Source of the DNA: Octopus bimaculoides
Taxonomy: Eukaryota
Direction: 5' to 3'
Length of the DNA stretch: 64,000 nt
Assembly: GCF_001194135.2 (NCBI RefSeq)
Contig: NC_068998.1
Coordinates: 53,616,755-53,680,754, forward strand
Below are positions 40,242-54,340 of the stretch, one piece after another; within the stretch, counting starts at the first letter, position 1; the number at the start of each line of letters is the position of its first letter. The position numbers were made by a program, and so were the translations under genes. The notes under the pieces were generated by a model. The model made no database searches. It was not told where the DNA came from and worked only from the letters and a program-made list of their open reading frames with translations.

Positions 40242-41378
40242 TATTATTATTATTATTCAGGTCACTGCCTCGAATCGAACTTGAAATCTTGGGGTTAGTA
40301 GCTCGCGATCTTTACTACGCCATATGCCCGCGGGTAATTACGGAGTGAATTTTAGAGCTTGATGAAGGCTGGATGATATATCAGCCGAAACGTTGTGTTA
40401 ACAACAAACAAGATGAGGACAAATATCCGTCAAATGTAAATAATGTATATAATACCTCCTCTCTTAAATATAGAACTTTACAATTTCGATTGTGCCGTCC
40501 TGTCACGTTCTTGTGAAATGCATTGTATCAGCTGACTGGATTTCTGAGAAATAATTTGTTTTTGAAACTGAGTTCACTTCTAGTTCTCTTTTCACGTTTA
40601 ATATTAATTACGAGCAACCCATCACGCACAGAGGGCAACGACGGACGACGGAGCTCCTGAAAGATACAAAGTGCATGTGTTCTAATTTGTTATCGTTTGT
40701 GACAAATAACAACAAACTGCCCCTTCATCAATTAAAACTATTACGTAAACCGCAGAGGAATACGGTGGCCTGACGAAAATGTTTGGCATTTTTGTAATAC
40801 CGTTAGTGTTGGTAATAATAATGTTGTTGTTGTTGTTGTTATTGCTAGTTTACTCTAGACGTTTTCTCGTTGGAAACGCATTCATTTTCCGTCGAGCTGT
40901 TATTGCTTCAACATTTATGTTGCCACTGCTGCTGTATCTGTCATGGTTTACGCCGATTTCATTGTTATTTGTCTGCACATTTCAGGCTGAGGAGACGTAT
41001 GTCCAACATCATTCTATTAATATCTAAGATTTTAACCTCCATACCATAGCTTATCCAGGATGTAATATCCAGTGTGTCTTCGTGTTGAGAAAATGAAATA
41101 TGAAGGAGAATTAAGCTGCTAGTTTCAACCGCAAATCCTTCACTGACACATTGTTGTTAATGTTCCTTTACTTTCTGTCGCCATGCTATTGTTCTTCTAA
41201 TCTTCGTATTTTTGCCATCATTCATTTCACACTACATCGACAGAAGAGAATGCACACTCTCATTGTAGAAATACAGTTCTGCTTTCAGTTTCCCTAACCA
41301 TTACCGCATAGGAAACAGTGAACAAAGGATTCACTGATTTTACGAAGGAAAACCCGGCTCAATAAATATCTGTTACAA

Positions 41379-41576
41379 GGCGGCGAGCTGGCAGAAACGC
41401 TAGCATGCCGTGCGATATTCGTAGCGGCATTTCGTATGTCTTTACGTTCAGAGTTCAAATTCGGCCGAGGTCAACTTCACCTTTCGATAAACTAAGTACC
41501 AGTTGCGTACTGGGGTCGATTTAATCGACTGGCCCCCTCCCCAAAAATTTCAGGATTTTTGCCTAGAGTATAAAAG
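41379..41576 (+). mobile_element. tRNA-derived SINE, family A, with 15-bp target-site duplication
   Basis: GGCGGCGAGCTGGCAGAAACG...GAGTTCAAATTC...AAGTACCAGTTGCGTACTGGGGTCGAT, flanked by AATAAATATCTGTTA at 41361-41375 and 41577-41591. Confidence 0.88.
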
Positions 41577-41643
41577 AATAAATATCTGTTAAATGCAATC
41601 GAGGCAGTTTTAAATTTTAATAGACGTCTATGTATCAGGTTAC

Positions 41644-41694
<51 letters not shown>

Positions 41695-41989
41695 GTTAAG
41701 CGGCCAGGCACTGTAGTATTCGCGCTGATCGACCACTGACCCACCTGCTGCATTATGCATCTGGTTTTCTTGCTGGACACTGCTAAGGCGATCTTGCCTC
41801 TTCCTCCGATATGTATTTTTGTGACAAGATGAATTATAAAATATTATATCATTTTCAACTGGTGAGAAATATTCCAAAGCGACTCCCACTCTCCATTGTA
41901 TTTCTAACTTCAGGTAACACCTAAGACTAATATTTACACGAAACTGGGCCAAGTTTCGAATACTGTGGAAGGACACTTATGTGTCCAGT

Positions 41990-42480
41990 TATGTAATGAA
42001 GACCTCTACTTGTGTGTTACAGATATATCAGGAGAGACTGTTGCAGACAATACATAGATTTACTGGGAAAATTAATGTAATATCCAAGGCAAAGCTGGAG
42101 AGATGAAAATTCATCAAGAACAATACTATTAAGTTAGATACCAGAAAAAAATGGAGATAAGAGAACCAACCAAAACACATCACTAGAAATCAATAAATTA
42201 GACTGTGTATCTTTCATACATACACACACAATCATTCATACACATACACACACAATCATTCATACACATACACACATACTCACACACGAGGGAAAGAAAG
42301 GTTCAGATTGAAGTAATATAGAGTCTTTAGATTAATAGTTAAACAGAGCTAATTACAAAATATAAAGTAAAAATCAATACAGTAGCTGTCCCTGTAGTAA
42401 GTTATAATAATAATAATATTCTCAACACTAAAAGAACGAACTGGTCTAAATTGGAGGAAAGAACGGGGGTGGGGAGAAAC
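41990..42480 (+). mobile_element. Heavily decayed R4/Dong-type RT C-terminal region
   Basis: TELITKYKVKINTVAVPVVSYN at about 42343-42408 resembles TELN.KNK...INT.AVPV..Y. Upstream RLLQTIHRFTGKINVI and KAKLE..K..KNNTIKLD pieces fit the post-YxDD region. Interrupted by a CA-rich tandem repeat. Confidence 0.6.
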
Positions 42481-45400
42481 GAAAACCAGTAACTAAATAG
42501 AAATTAACAAAAAAGAAAACAGAAAATCAATAAATGCGTTTAGAATTCGTCTTAAAATCTAGCAAATATCTTATTCTTTTATTCGTTTCAGTCATTTGAC
42601 TGTGGCCATGCTCGAGCACCGCCTTTAGTCGAACAAATCGACCTCAAGGCTTATTCTATGATACCAACATAAAATATTCACATATAGGACTGGGATTTTT
42701 TTTCCATACATATCATATGATTCTATATCATTAGTTATGTATCCTGGGCTCATTAGGTGTTTCGGGTCCTTTAACACCACATACAGTCATCTGGGGTTGA
42801 TCAAGTGCCAGATTTTATTCAGTTAGCACTACCCCTTGTTACCACTGCTCCTCGTAAGGATCAAACCTTCCGATACACAGCTCTCATGAGACAATCTCCA
42901 TTGCCTCCAAAGCCAACCTGCTGGCCTCTCGCTTACAGACTCCTCAGATGCTAAGAATGCTGGAAGATCAGCGAAGGAACTTGACTACAAAAATATGGCA
43001 TTTCACCCGGATGGGATTCACATTACGCCGTTGCTTTGTCGTGTTTCCTTCTGTTACACTTATTTGCATCCTTGATGTGGCCCAGCCAGAGAACGCAGAG
43101 GTCAAGCAGAACTTGCTGCGTGGATAAAATATGTAGTGAGAAATATGGGCAAACTAATAAAACTGCCAACGGAAATAAGATAAAAATTGTGATTTCACTA
43201 TTTAAGGAAACTAACAAATACAAACGAGCATTGAAGGATCATATTTTTCAGGAAGAGAGAAACAGTGTTGCAAAATAAGCGATGTTGAAATATTGTAAGT
43301 TATGTTGCAAAGAGCAACGGTATAGGAATAGCCACAGAGGGTTTCTCATTGATGAGGTGGGAAATGTCGACGAAAGGAGTCTGATGGACGTGACTGATTG
43401 GTTGACCAAACGCTTAGTCAAACAAATGATTACTAAATTGATTAAATGATTATGTACTTGACCAGTAACAACAAAAACAAAAAGAACAATACGATTACTA
43501 CTACTACGAATAATAATAAGAAGAACAACGACAGCAATAATAATAATCATAATAATAATAATAATTTCAATTTTATTCCGTCCGTTTAATCTGCGCAAGT
43601 ACTCCACCTTAAATGTTTCTGTTATTTCTTTCTGTTTTCGTCCCAGGACTATGTTAGAAGACCATTGCGCCGCGCAGGCGGACTGAACCAGAAACTATGT
43701 CGCTACAAATCGAGCTTGTTAACCACTCGGCCACAGCTGCTTTGAAAACAGAAATAAAATGTAATTGGCAACCAATAGAAAAGAGAATTCTCATGTAATT
43801 ACTGTACGCATGCGCTAAGTCATGGAGGTGTTGCAGAGAAGATCGTTCATTTTGAAGAGAAAGTAATAAAATCGTTCTATCGTTCTGCGGTTCCGAAATA
43901 TCGCTGTCATTCAGCATTTCGCTTTAATTTAGTATTAGATTTGTAAATTGAACAGCAGACAGCTGGAAATTTTTATAGAGTTATCTGACATAGGAAATAA
44001 AATGAAACGAAGGCAAAGCTTTTGTCTATAGTCTGTTGGCTGAATCGAAGGAAGTAATTAACAAGAAATGGAAGATGAACAATATCAAGTGAGAGAGAGA
44101 GAGGGAAAAATGTAGTAGTAAAGAAAGATAGAAAGTGTGAGGGGGGGGGGAAGTTAGAGAGGTAGAGAAGAGAGAGAGAGAGAGAAAATGAAGGAGGAAA
44201 TATTTTAATGGGTTTAAGCAGCACTTCTAACCTGATATCGGGATGATTTCATGGCAGTTTGGCAAACATCTACAACAGCATCAACAACAACAACGTTATC
44301 TTAAGAGACTTTCTTTGATCTTTTCAGATTAATTAACGAAGAGGGGACAATATGATTATCGTCATCTGCATCCTCCAAATCATCCTTTTCATCATCATCA
44401 TCAACCTTTACATCGCCGTCGTCGTCACCATTAACAGTTTTTATTTAGTGTTTTTATTACTTTAGTATAATTTTTTTTTTTTATAAAGACTAATCCGAAA
44501 GCTGAGTGGTTTAGATTAAAAGAAAAAAAACCCTGTCTGAACCTTGTTTCCACTACGACTTCCCCCTCTCCCTTTCTTTCGTTCTCTCTCTCTCTCTATC
44601 TTCTTTCTCTTTTTCTTTTTTTCTCTCTCACTCTCTTACTCTCTCTCTCCCTCTCTCTCGCTCTGTATTTCTCTCGAACTATCTTTCTGCCTGTCTGCAT
44701 TCATTCTCTTGATTTAGTCTTTCTTTCCACTTTCTCACTCACACTATCCCTCTACCTCCTCTCTCTATCATGCAGCTTTGTGCATCGTCATTATCATCAT
44801 CATCACCATCACTCTCTTCGATATCCACATCGTGCATACTCTTCTTCCATCGTAACACTATACTCTATGCCCCCTTCACCGCCATCGTCTTGACCCTTTT
44901 AAAACCGAGACTCGGGATTCAAGTCGTTGACTCTAATCATTGCACCACCCGTCAGGTATTACACCCTGCCGTTCTGTACTAAGTAGTGACACACTGGATG
45001 GTGTAGATCGACATACCCTTAAAACTACGGGGTAGATACGGCCTTATTCTATCGTTTGCTGAAATTCAAAAAAAGCGGGGCAGCGAGTAAAACCTCTGCA
45101 GTCGAACTAATAGCAGCGAATCTGATGTCGTTAACGTTTCTCTTGAACTTCTCCAAGTCAACGCAAGCTGTAAAGATATGAGAAGAGAGCAGTTGCAGAG
45201 GACCGACATGTTAAGGCTGGTTGATGGTAGTCAGGGTGGCCCTAAGTTGAACACGATATGGGTGATTAAAGGACAAGAGAGGAGAGAAGTGAGGGCGCTT
45301 ATGAGGGTCTGGTACGTCATCAGATTGATTCGGAGACAGAATCCATTGTAGGGTCAGGATACAAGGAAGGAAAGAAAGAGAGGAGATGTTGTCTGGCCAG

Positions 45401-45849
45401 ACAGACGCCGATGGTGGTGGCAATGTTGATGGTGGTGGTGGTGTCGATGGTGGTGGTGGTGTCGATTTCAGCGAGAGTGAGACTAGTCGTGGCTGTGAAT
45501 AGTGATGGTAGTGGTAGTAGTAGTAGTAGTAGAGGTGATGGTGGTGGTGTTAGTAATAGTGGAACCACTGGGCTGTTGGAGGTGGACGAGATGTTGGTAG
45601 AGATTTGGGAGGAGTAAGCAAAGTTTGGCGGGGGGTTGCGTAGAGGAGAAGGAAGAGAGAAGAGACGAGGACGAATGGAAGGAACTGAAGACTTGAAGTT
45701 TCACGTTGAATGAATGAAGAGGAGGAGGGGAAGAGGAAAAAGCAAAAGGAGAGGAGGAGGGCGGACGGGGGAACCGACGAAACCATTTTGGCAGGGACTG
45801 TTAGAACAGGTTTTGCACTATTGCCGTGACCACAATGTTAGCAACTGAT

Positions 45850-45896
<47 letters not shown>

Positions 45897-46278
45897 GAGT
45901 AGTACAGCTGGTGGCGGTGGTGGTCGCAGAGGTGGGTAGCATCGGTATTGGTGGTGGTTATAGTGGTGATGATGATGATGATGATAATGATGACGTCTAC
46001 GGTGACGGTCGTGATGGTGGCGCTTGCAGACAGCTATAAAATTAATTATATAGAACAGATCAAATACTGCAAACAAGATCAGCAAACTAAAATAATGATA
46101 ATAATAATAATAATAATGATGATGATGACGATGATAATAATAATTTCGTATAATTTTGATATATTCCGGTAAATAATAATTCTAAATAAGTTCTTTGTGT
46201 TCCTATCCTCTCGGCCAATTCTATGGCACCATTTCAAGAATATCATTCACTAAAAACCAATCACTGGTTTCTTGCCTA

Positions 46279-46315
<37 letters not shown>

Positions 46316-47549
46316 TCTCTCTTCCTCTTTCTCTCTCCCTCTCTCACTTTCTTTCTCTCCCTAACAAATAGAAAGAGGAGTTTCATTTTATCATACTTTT
46401 CTTTCTATATTTTTAGTAGAAGAGACAATGATCGAATTGTTATTATTCTGACAAGGAGGTCACAAGTCAATGTTCAAAAGTCATGGCCTGAGGTCCAATG
46501 AAACGAATTTCAATGTTTCTTTAATCAACACTCAATACATCTTCTTTGATCGTATATCAACGATATAAACTCATGCATTTTTTTTTTATTCTGGTTGGAA
46601 ACAAGTCTCGCTATTGTTTTTATTTTTTATTGTTTTTTATTGCAGCGTCGAAAAGAGGTGCATCACAGCATTTACTTACGAGTAATTTCATTTCGAATCC
46701 CACCGACGCCAATTTGCTTGTCATCATTTTCTGGATAGACAAATAATGTACCAGCATATTACAGAAGACGAAAGTGAAAAGCGTAATTTCAAGTAATGAA
46801 CATCCTTTTGTATGGTTGTTACTTCACAGTATATACAATGAAATTGTAGATTCCCCATCACATAGAAACATGAAAATCTTTTTAAAAGTTATAGCTTCGC
46901 GTTATTAAAAAACATCATCGAAGCCGCCCAGTCTTTGAAAATGTGCGATGGCATGTTTTACAGCCTTACCCAATCAGATCTACCAAGAACCAGAAACTCT
47001 TTGTAGGTAACATCGAGTATTCAGTAGTTGAATTTTGATACGAGATAAAATTTAACATAATCTGGCAAAAGTCTTCAGCTACAGCACACTAACATTGAAT
47101 TAATTCTGGAGGAAATATAACTCGCAGCTAATACAAATGAATAAAATTTTATAACATGGTGAGGTTAACAACCTTATTAAAAATGTTACTTTTAACATAT
47201 ATTTCTGTAACCCCGTGCTTTCATAAGGTCACAGACTAACATTTATAGTTATATTATGATAAACTGTTTTAATCTTAAAACAAATTATTGTTGGCAACCC
47301 TCTCCATTTTAATATATTTCTTATTTTAAAGAAAATATTTATTTTCACTTTTATTTTACTAAATACAAATATTTGGCAGCCGTTTTTTTTTAAATTTAAT
47401 AAATTACTTCAGTTATAAAACATATGCTATTTTTATTATTATTTTCAAGTATAAAAGACTATCTGCATTTTAAATTTCAAGTATTACACTGCTAGCGTAT
47501 CCATTTGTCGTCTATCATCTTCTCTATACGCTGCCTTGAAGATATTTAA

Positions 47550-50250
47550 TGTACCTCTCTACATTTGGATTTTGTATAATACATGGATTTAGATTTGGTG
47601 GTTGTGGGGTCGTTGAGCCTAAAATAGAAAGGATTATTAAATTTAAAAAAGTCATTACGTAGGGTGTCTGTTATGTGTAGCAAGGCTAAGTGTTTGACCC
47701 GAATACGAATTTCGTGGACCTTCGCACAGTTTTTCAACATCCTTATCATTTATCATACGTAAAAGTTACACATTCTATTGATTTTACTTTCGTGCCCAGA
47801 ATACTGCTTATTCCATATTGAAATTTTTTTTTCTTTGGATTCCTTATGTCTGTCTTTGAATGTTTTAGTAAAACAAAATGGGTTATCTCCCAGAGTGCAC
47901 GCATTCCTATACTTGTCCTACAATATCTGGATATTGTCTGGACAAATGTATCCCTGATAATTATGACTCATTCCTTTGTGTAGTTTCCGGTTTATAACAG
48001 TGACCTGTTTTCAATCACAATGGCAGTATATTAATCAGTCAACGCAGATACGCATTCGATTATGTCAATAACCCTAACTGAATATGGCAAAGCCTGGACA
48101 AACGGAAATATGTTCAATTCCCTAAAGGGTGTCATATTATGCAATTGGTGTTATATTTTTAAGTAATCGCTTTTGAAATAATTTCTGGTTAAGATTTTGA
48201 CATGTGCTAAAAAGCACCAGAACACGTTGCTGCTTAAGCTTTCGTTAGATTTCGTTTTGAACGACGTCGTCGCTGTTGCGATTTTTCCTTTTAGAGTCCA
48301 AATCGGAAACTTTTCACCGTATTTTCTTTTTTCTGGAACATCTAAAATTCCGATTAAATTTCATTTTGTAACATTTTTTTCTGCTCTGGCTATATTTAAA
48401 TCCTTTCTTCGGTGCAGTTGCTTTCTAACTTGTGCTTGAGTGTTTCCTTATCTATAGAGAGAGAGACATGTTTTCTGCCTATTTCCTAACGACACTAATC
48501 CGTTTCTTGCTGCTTGCTTTATACATTTTTTGGAATCCCATTTTGCTACGAGACGCCGTCTTTCCTGTGTGTGTCATAGATATATTCACCGTGTTTTGCT
48601 GACTTCGCAACGCTTTTAATGGTATCCTGATTTTTATATTTAAACTCTCCATTTCTTCGTGTTTATTGTCTTTCGCGTAGTTTACAACTGAAACAACTTG
48701 TGTATTATACATATTCTATTTCTTTCGTCACCTTTAGTTCTGAATTTTATCCTAACCTTCTCTTTTCCTTTTGCTTTGTTGTTAAAATAACTTCTGTAAG
48801 CATTTGTATGCGTGATTTTAGATAATTATCTTGATTTTAGATAATTAGCTTGATTCTTTCATCTGTGTCTAATTTTATGTTGTCAGTTTTAGGTATTTTC
48901 CCTCTCCTTAGAATAATGTCGGTATATATGCCAAATCTTACGCTAAGATTTGGTTCAACTGTAGTACAATATATTTGTGACATTTCAGAAGGGTATTTTA
49001 TGATGTTTATATATTTTAAGGCATCAATATAGGGGAAATTGTTGGATGTGTATCTGTAGCAGAGATACTCGGGAAATTGAGTATAGGACAAGTTTTCTTA
49101 TATTTTCCCACTTAACCTGTGGAATTATTCTTTCCCATTCTGATAACCTTTGTTAAGTTTGGAGTTTCTATATTTATGTTGGCTGAGCTCATTTAGTTTC
49201 ATGCTATCAACCATATAAACTTGCAATTACATTGAATTTAGTCTGTCTTCCACCATTAGACTTTTTGTTTGTTTTTGTTATTGTTGTTGTACATATTCCT
49301 GTTAAAATAAGTTACAATTTTTTGTTTTCCTGGAAGAAGCGCTGATGTCTTCCAAAACATCCTACGCAACAAGTTTTTGCTATTATTTTATAAAACATCC
49401 CATTTCTCTCAAGACTGTCTTCATACGTATAACTTTTTCCCTTTATCTCTTCATGGTGAATATTCCTTTTCTTTTCTAACATTTTTCATCTTAGAATTAC
49501 ATAGAGTATATGTTCCGTCTAACTTTAGAAGATCTTTTAGATGTACCATGTACCGGCCACGATTCGATACTGCCGCTTTAACTAAATAAATCGAATAATC
49601 CAACGTATTGATACACCTAGTTTATTTCCATCGACAAAGATTCATACATCACCCCGTAATAAAATTCTTTTATCTTTCGTGAAGTTATTGAGGTATTTTT
49701 GAATTTACTTAGGTTTTACCGTAATTCTATGTTAAGAGATTGTGTTCGTTGCATTCGATTATATTTAAAGTTTATATCAGCCACTTCAGAAACGTTTGGT
49801 TCAATATATATTTGGTTGAAATTTGTTCTGTCTTTTTTATGGGATTTCGCTCATCTTTAATGGTGACCTCTGTGATCTTCATCATCATTTTGTGAGTTAG
49901 TTTTTATATTTTTGTTTTCGTTTTCGATATAATATAAGGCCTTGTTTATATCTGCTGTGTTAGATCACATTGTATTTTCTCTATTTTGAAATATCGGTTA
50001 TAGAATCGTATGATTTTTATTATTTCTTTATTGAAATCTTGTATGGATCCCGTTCTTTTTATTGTATGGATTATTTGTGGTTATCCTTTTTAGTGTACAT
50101 CGTTTATTTTACTTCATTTCCACGAGTTATTCTTTCAATTTTCGGTAGTTTCTTTTTTTTATTTTATGATAAATCTCCGTACATTGGCCACTGTACTTAT
50201 ATTAATATATTCTTTCTATAATTCATACCTGTGTTATGATACTTGTGCAT
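47550..50250 (-). mobile_element. Probable ancient Penelope-like element (RT plus GIY-YIG remnants)
   Basis: Short minus-strand peptides occur in the expected order: YLNNFTKDKRILL (about 49700), TVEPNLSVRFGIYTDI (about 48950, cf. L.SFDV.SLYTNI), QALPYSVRVI (about 48090) and LCEGPRNSYSGQT (about 47710, cf. C.GC...YIGQT). Many stops and frameshifts. Confidence 0.42.
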
Positions 50251-50569
50251 GTTTTATATACTGTTTAGGCATAATAAGAATGTAACAATTCAATGTTATG
50301 TTCATGGTGCAAACGTTCTTTGTTAATTTTCATGATGTGTTTGATGCTAGCAATAAAGAACGGACCTTTTTATTCGGATTTTCGGAATTTTTATGAAGAT
50401 CACAATAAATCGGAATCATCTGTAAATACATTTTAGAGTTATGGTGAAAGATTTATCATACGTCCTGACTTACTGATCCTATTTTTCTTTAAGAATTGCA
50501 GGGCTATCGGCACAGATGTAATGTTTTGAATAATGATGTTGTTGTTCTTTTTGTTGTTGCTGTTGTTGT

Positions 50570-50690
50570 TGTTATTCAGTAGTCTTCCTTTTATCATGTG
50601 CTTTTGCTGAACTACCGAGCACAGCTCTGTGTGTCTTGGGTATGTGTTGTGGTTTGTTTTGGTATTTTGTGACCATAAATAAAATTCATT
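50570..50690 (-). mobile_element. Probable LINE 3' UTR fragment with (AAC/AAT)n tail
   Basis: Minus strand ...CACATACCCAAGACACACAGAGCTGTGCTCGGTAG...GACTACTGAAT then AAC repeats; resembles a common octopus LINE 3' end as I recall it, not verified. Confidence 0.4.
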
Positions 50691-51184
50691 TGAAAAATAA
50701 ATAAAGTTGCAGCGGTTTGTTGCAAAAGGAAATATAACCTTTCTGTGAGGTATTTTGTCAACAATCGGGAAATGAGAAGAATGATTTCCTCATGCCTTGA
50801 AAACGGTGTGGTGGGATTAACGCATAGACTGAAAAAAACCAGCAGAACGATGCTATGGTTGATATGTGGAGCAGAGTACTGTCCATAGATCAGGATAAAT
50901 CAAGCGGAAACATCTTTCAAGTATTAAATACGGAAAGCACATCGGAGAAGTAGCGATACTGCAACATACACACACACATACATACACACACACATACATA
51001 CACGCTCAGACACACATACTGACGCATCCTTACGCTTTTACCAGGCTATTCATGAGTCTAAACAGTTTACATGCATATCATCGTTGAAAAGAAATATACT
51101 TCGATGATATCATGCGTGAAAACAAACACGACCGACTATAGAAAAATCAATTTTACCACAAAACAAGTGCAGCTTTGATGATGA

Positions 51185-51225
<41 letters not shown>

Positions 51226-54194
51226 CGTTATCTAAAAGGCATGTTGCATTAGTATATGCACAGTCGTTGTTTTTTTACAGATGTGTAAAAAATATATTAT
51301 TTCTGACGGATAAATGTAAGAGTATACTAATCCATGAGTCCTAAATGCAAAATATGAAAGCATAAGTCTGGTTTGAAGTCACGTATGATTAAATATCCAG
51401 AGAAGTATGGAATTCACAGTATTGTGTGTTTTGTTGGTAGGAAAATTCGGGAAGGAGTAACGGACACAAAAATATGTCGCGTAAAACAAAACCAAAGCCA
51501 AAACTGGGAAGCAATACGAGAAATTATAGAAAGATGTGAAGAGTAAGGTCCGTGAGTTATAGGTGAATGAACTTGTCACCTGCGTGGTTATTAAAACAAA
51601 AACATTGAAGCAGTCAATAGATAGAAGATAATATAACGCTGCTGAAAAAGGTTTTCCTTTCGAATCGGGGGGCGTGCATCTTTCATGAACAGTGTCACCA
51701 AAGAAACCGTCGCGTGAATATTAGGGAGGTATTTTAATAAAGTCAGTTAAAATCATAGTAATATTCTTATGAAATTATATATGTATTGTGTGTGTTTGTG
51801 TGCACATAAATATATCTCTGCAAATATATATATATTAATAATAATATGACAACAAAAGAATGAATGAGACCTCGCTGTTATGTAGATAGATGAATTTATC
51901 TAGGAATTTATTATGTAAATAGAGGAATTGTGGCATAGTATAAGATGTGGCATAGTATAAGATGTGGCAATTAGTCCGTCGTCATAATAAAACGCATCTC
52001 CAAGTTGGTCTGTTTGTGATGGTTATACATCATACAGGCATATTACTATGATGTCATGTTTTCGGGATGGACTGTTAAATTGCATTGACAACACGATATT
52101 ATTTCAGTTAACTCATTAATTATTTCTTCATTACAATCAACAGCAAGAGAAAATTAGCATGCATACTGCTTTATAAGTTAAGGGCTAAAGCCAGAATCGC
52201 TCAAAAGTACATGCCGTGCGAGGCCCTTGGACTCTGATGGAGCAGACTGAAGGCATATTGATTTCGTTTAACAGTAGTATTTTTAGCGATTGCCAGTCAT
52301 TTTTATAGTAGGAACTGTTACCCAACGTTGTAAATCTTCACGTGTGAGTTTTTATTTTCTTGAGAAGAAAGTGTAGTTGAGAAATAGTATGATGGCTTAA
52401 ACTCACTTAATGAATCTTGTTTGAACCTAATTGGCCCACGTCCGTAGAGGATTGTGGGATATACCATGTTGTTTTATCTCATTGTTCTATGAGAATTAAT
52501 AATGCCGAGAACCTCATCATTATTAATTCACAGAAGTTAATTCTTCGACATAGCGCTAGTTATGTAATATTTCGTATCCGTCATACCTGTAAAATATGTT
52601 TCATTTACAATTTTGCCCTTCTCGTAAATTCTAGAATGTCATGCTGTTCTCAGAAACTATTCGTGTATATAGCTCTGTTCTAGTGGTTCAGACATTGATG
52701 CGCATTTGAGGAAGCAACTTCAGAAGAAACTGTTTGATGAGAGACAAAGGGTTGTATGGTTGGGCGGATAGATGGATTGGATCAATTGATAATTAAAGGA
52801 ATCGATTACTGGATGGATGAATGCACGAAAGAACCAATTTAGATGCAAATGTAGGTAGGTGTGGATAGGTTGATGGGCAGAAGTGTGAGGAGAACAATGT
52901 ATATGTGTAAGATAAAATGAAAGGATGTTTGCAGCAATGAAAGCGCATGTGTGTATCGCTAATGTTTATATATGTAAGAATGTAAGGATCAATCAAGCAA
53001 GTAATGGATGAGCAGGTAGATCGATGAATTGAGAAATTGCTGTGCGTATCGCAATCGATCAATGGTTCCTGTGGTTTATAAAAACAAAGATGAATGCCTG
53101 GATGGTTCGATGGATGATAAGCTAAGACAGATAATTTACAAAATGCTGCATTCTTTTCTCAACATATGACCGATCCAAAATGCTGTGAAAAAGGAGAATT
53201 GGAGAATTCAAATCGAAATATGAAAACAAATTTAAAAAGCAAATTACCTTTTCAATGGATTCGTTAAGTGGATTTTGAATTTGCTAAGTAAATATTCATA
53301 GGATAACATCCATATTTGCGCATGCACCGTTATATTTAAATAGCTTATTTAATTTCTCTGAAGAAAAAATAATCAATTTATAATTTTTATTCTGGCCTGA
53401 AATCTTCAGAAATTCCTTTGTGTGTTTAGACTTCTTTTACCCAATGTTCCAAACTGAAGAGCTTTCATTTTCATTATTCTTTCAAATTACGTTATGAAAT
53501 TCTAAAATATTCAATAGTTTACATGTTTTCTTTTCTTGTTTTGGTTTACGTTTGATTTTTGCTACTTAATATGTATTACACAATCTTCGTCAGGAATTGA
53601 ACTGAAGGCCTGATAAAGGATTTATACCTTCCTATTTAACACATAGAAATTAAACATTTTCCAGAAAAAAAAACTGCATATTGCATGTTCTTTCTCTTAC
53701 CGCTTTCTTTCTCTCATACTTTGGATTTGAGTTAAGTAAATTTTGAAGAAAATTAATTTCATTTACATAAAATTCTTGAATTGAAGAAGAATTATGTGAA
53801 TATTTTTCATGAAAGGGAGGGAAAGAAGAAATTTTTATAACATATTTTGTCTTTATGTTGCCTCGAATTATTTGGCGCGGAATGTCAATAGTAAGCGGAG
53901 AGGAAATGCCTTACAATGTGCTATTATCTTCTTTTAATGTTCTGCTAATGGACCACCTGTGGAAACAGGAGCACTGAAGAAAGCAGATAAAAACATAATT
54001 AACCTGAAAGATTGACAATGTAAACTTTTGTGCAGGAATTATAATGGCAGAGACGAGATTACATTAGAAGCAAATTAATATCAGCTCATAACAGAAGGAT
54101 TTTGCTCATGTATGATAGCTGGGTTATTATCATTATAATAATAATAAATAATAATAATAATAATAAAAATGGTTTCAAATTTTTCCACAACGGC

Positions 54195-54340
54195 AGCTAC
54201 TTTGGAGAAGGGGATGTGTCGATTACATCGACCCCAGCATTCAATTGGTACTTAATTTGGCGACCCCAAAAAGATGAAAGGCAAAGTCGACCTCGACGGA
54301 ATTTGAACTCAGGATGTAGCGACTGGCGAAAATGTCTTGA
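54195..54340 (-). mobile_element. SINE family A copy, 5'-truncated
   Basis: GTCGATTACATCGACCCCAG...GATGAAAGGCAAAGTCGACCTCGACGGAATTTGAACTCAG. Confidence 0.8.

Noticed and set aside
52684-52770. Possible plus-strand exon GSDIDAHLRKQLQKKLFDERQR
   Set aside because: The acceptor is moderate, the donor is poor, a stop follows shortly, and no homologue is recognised.
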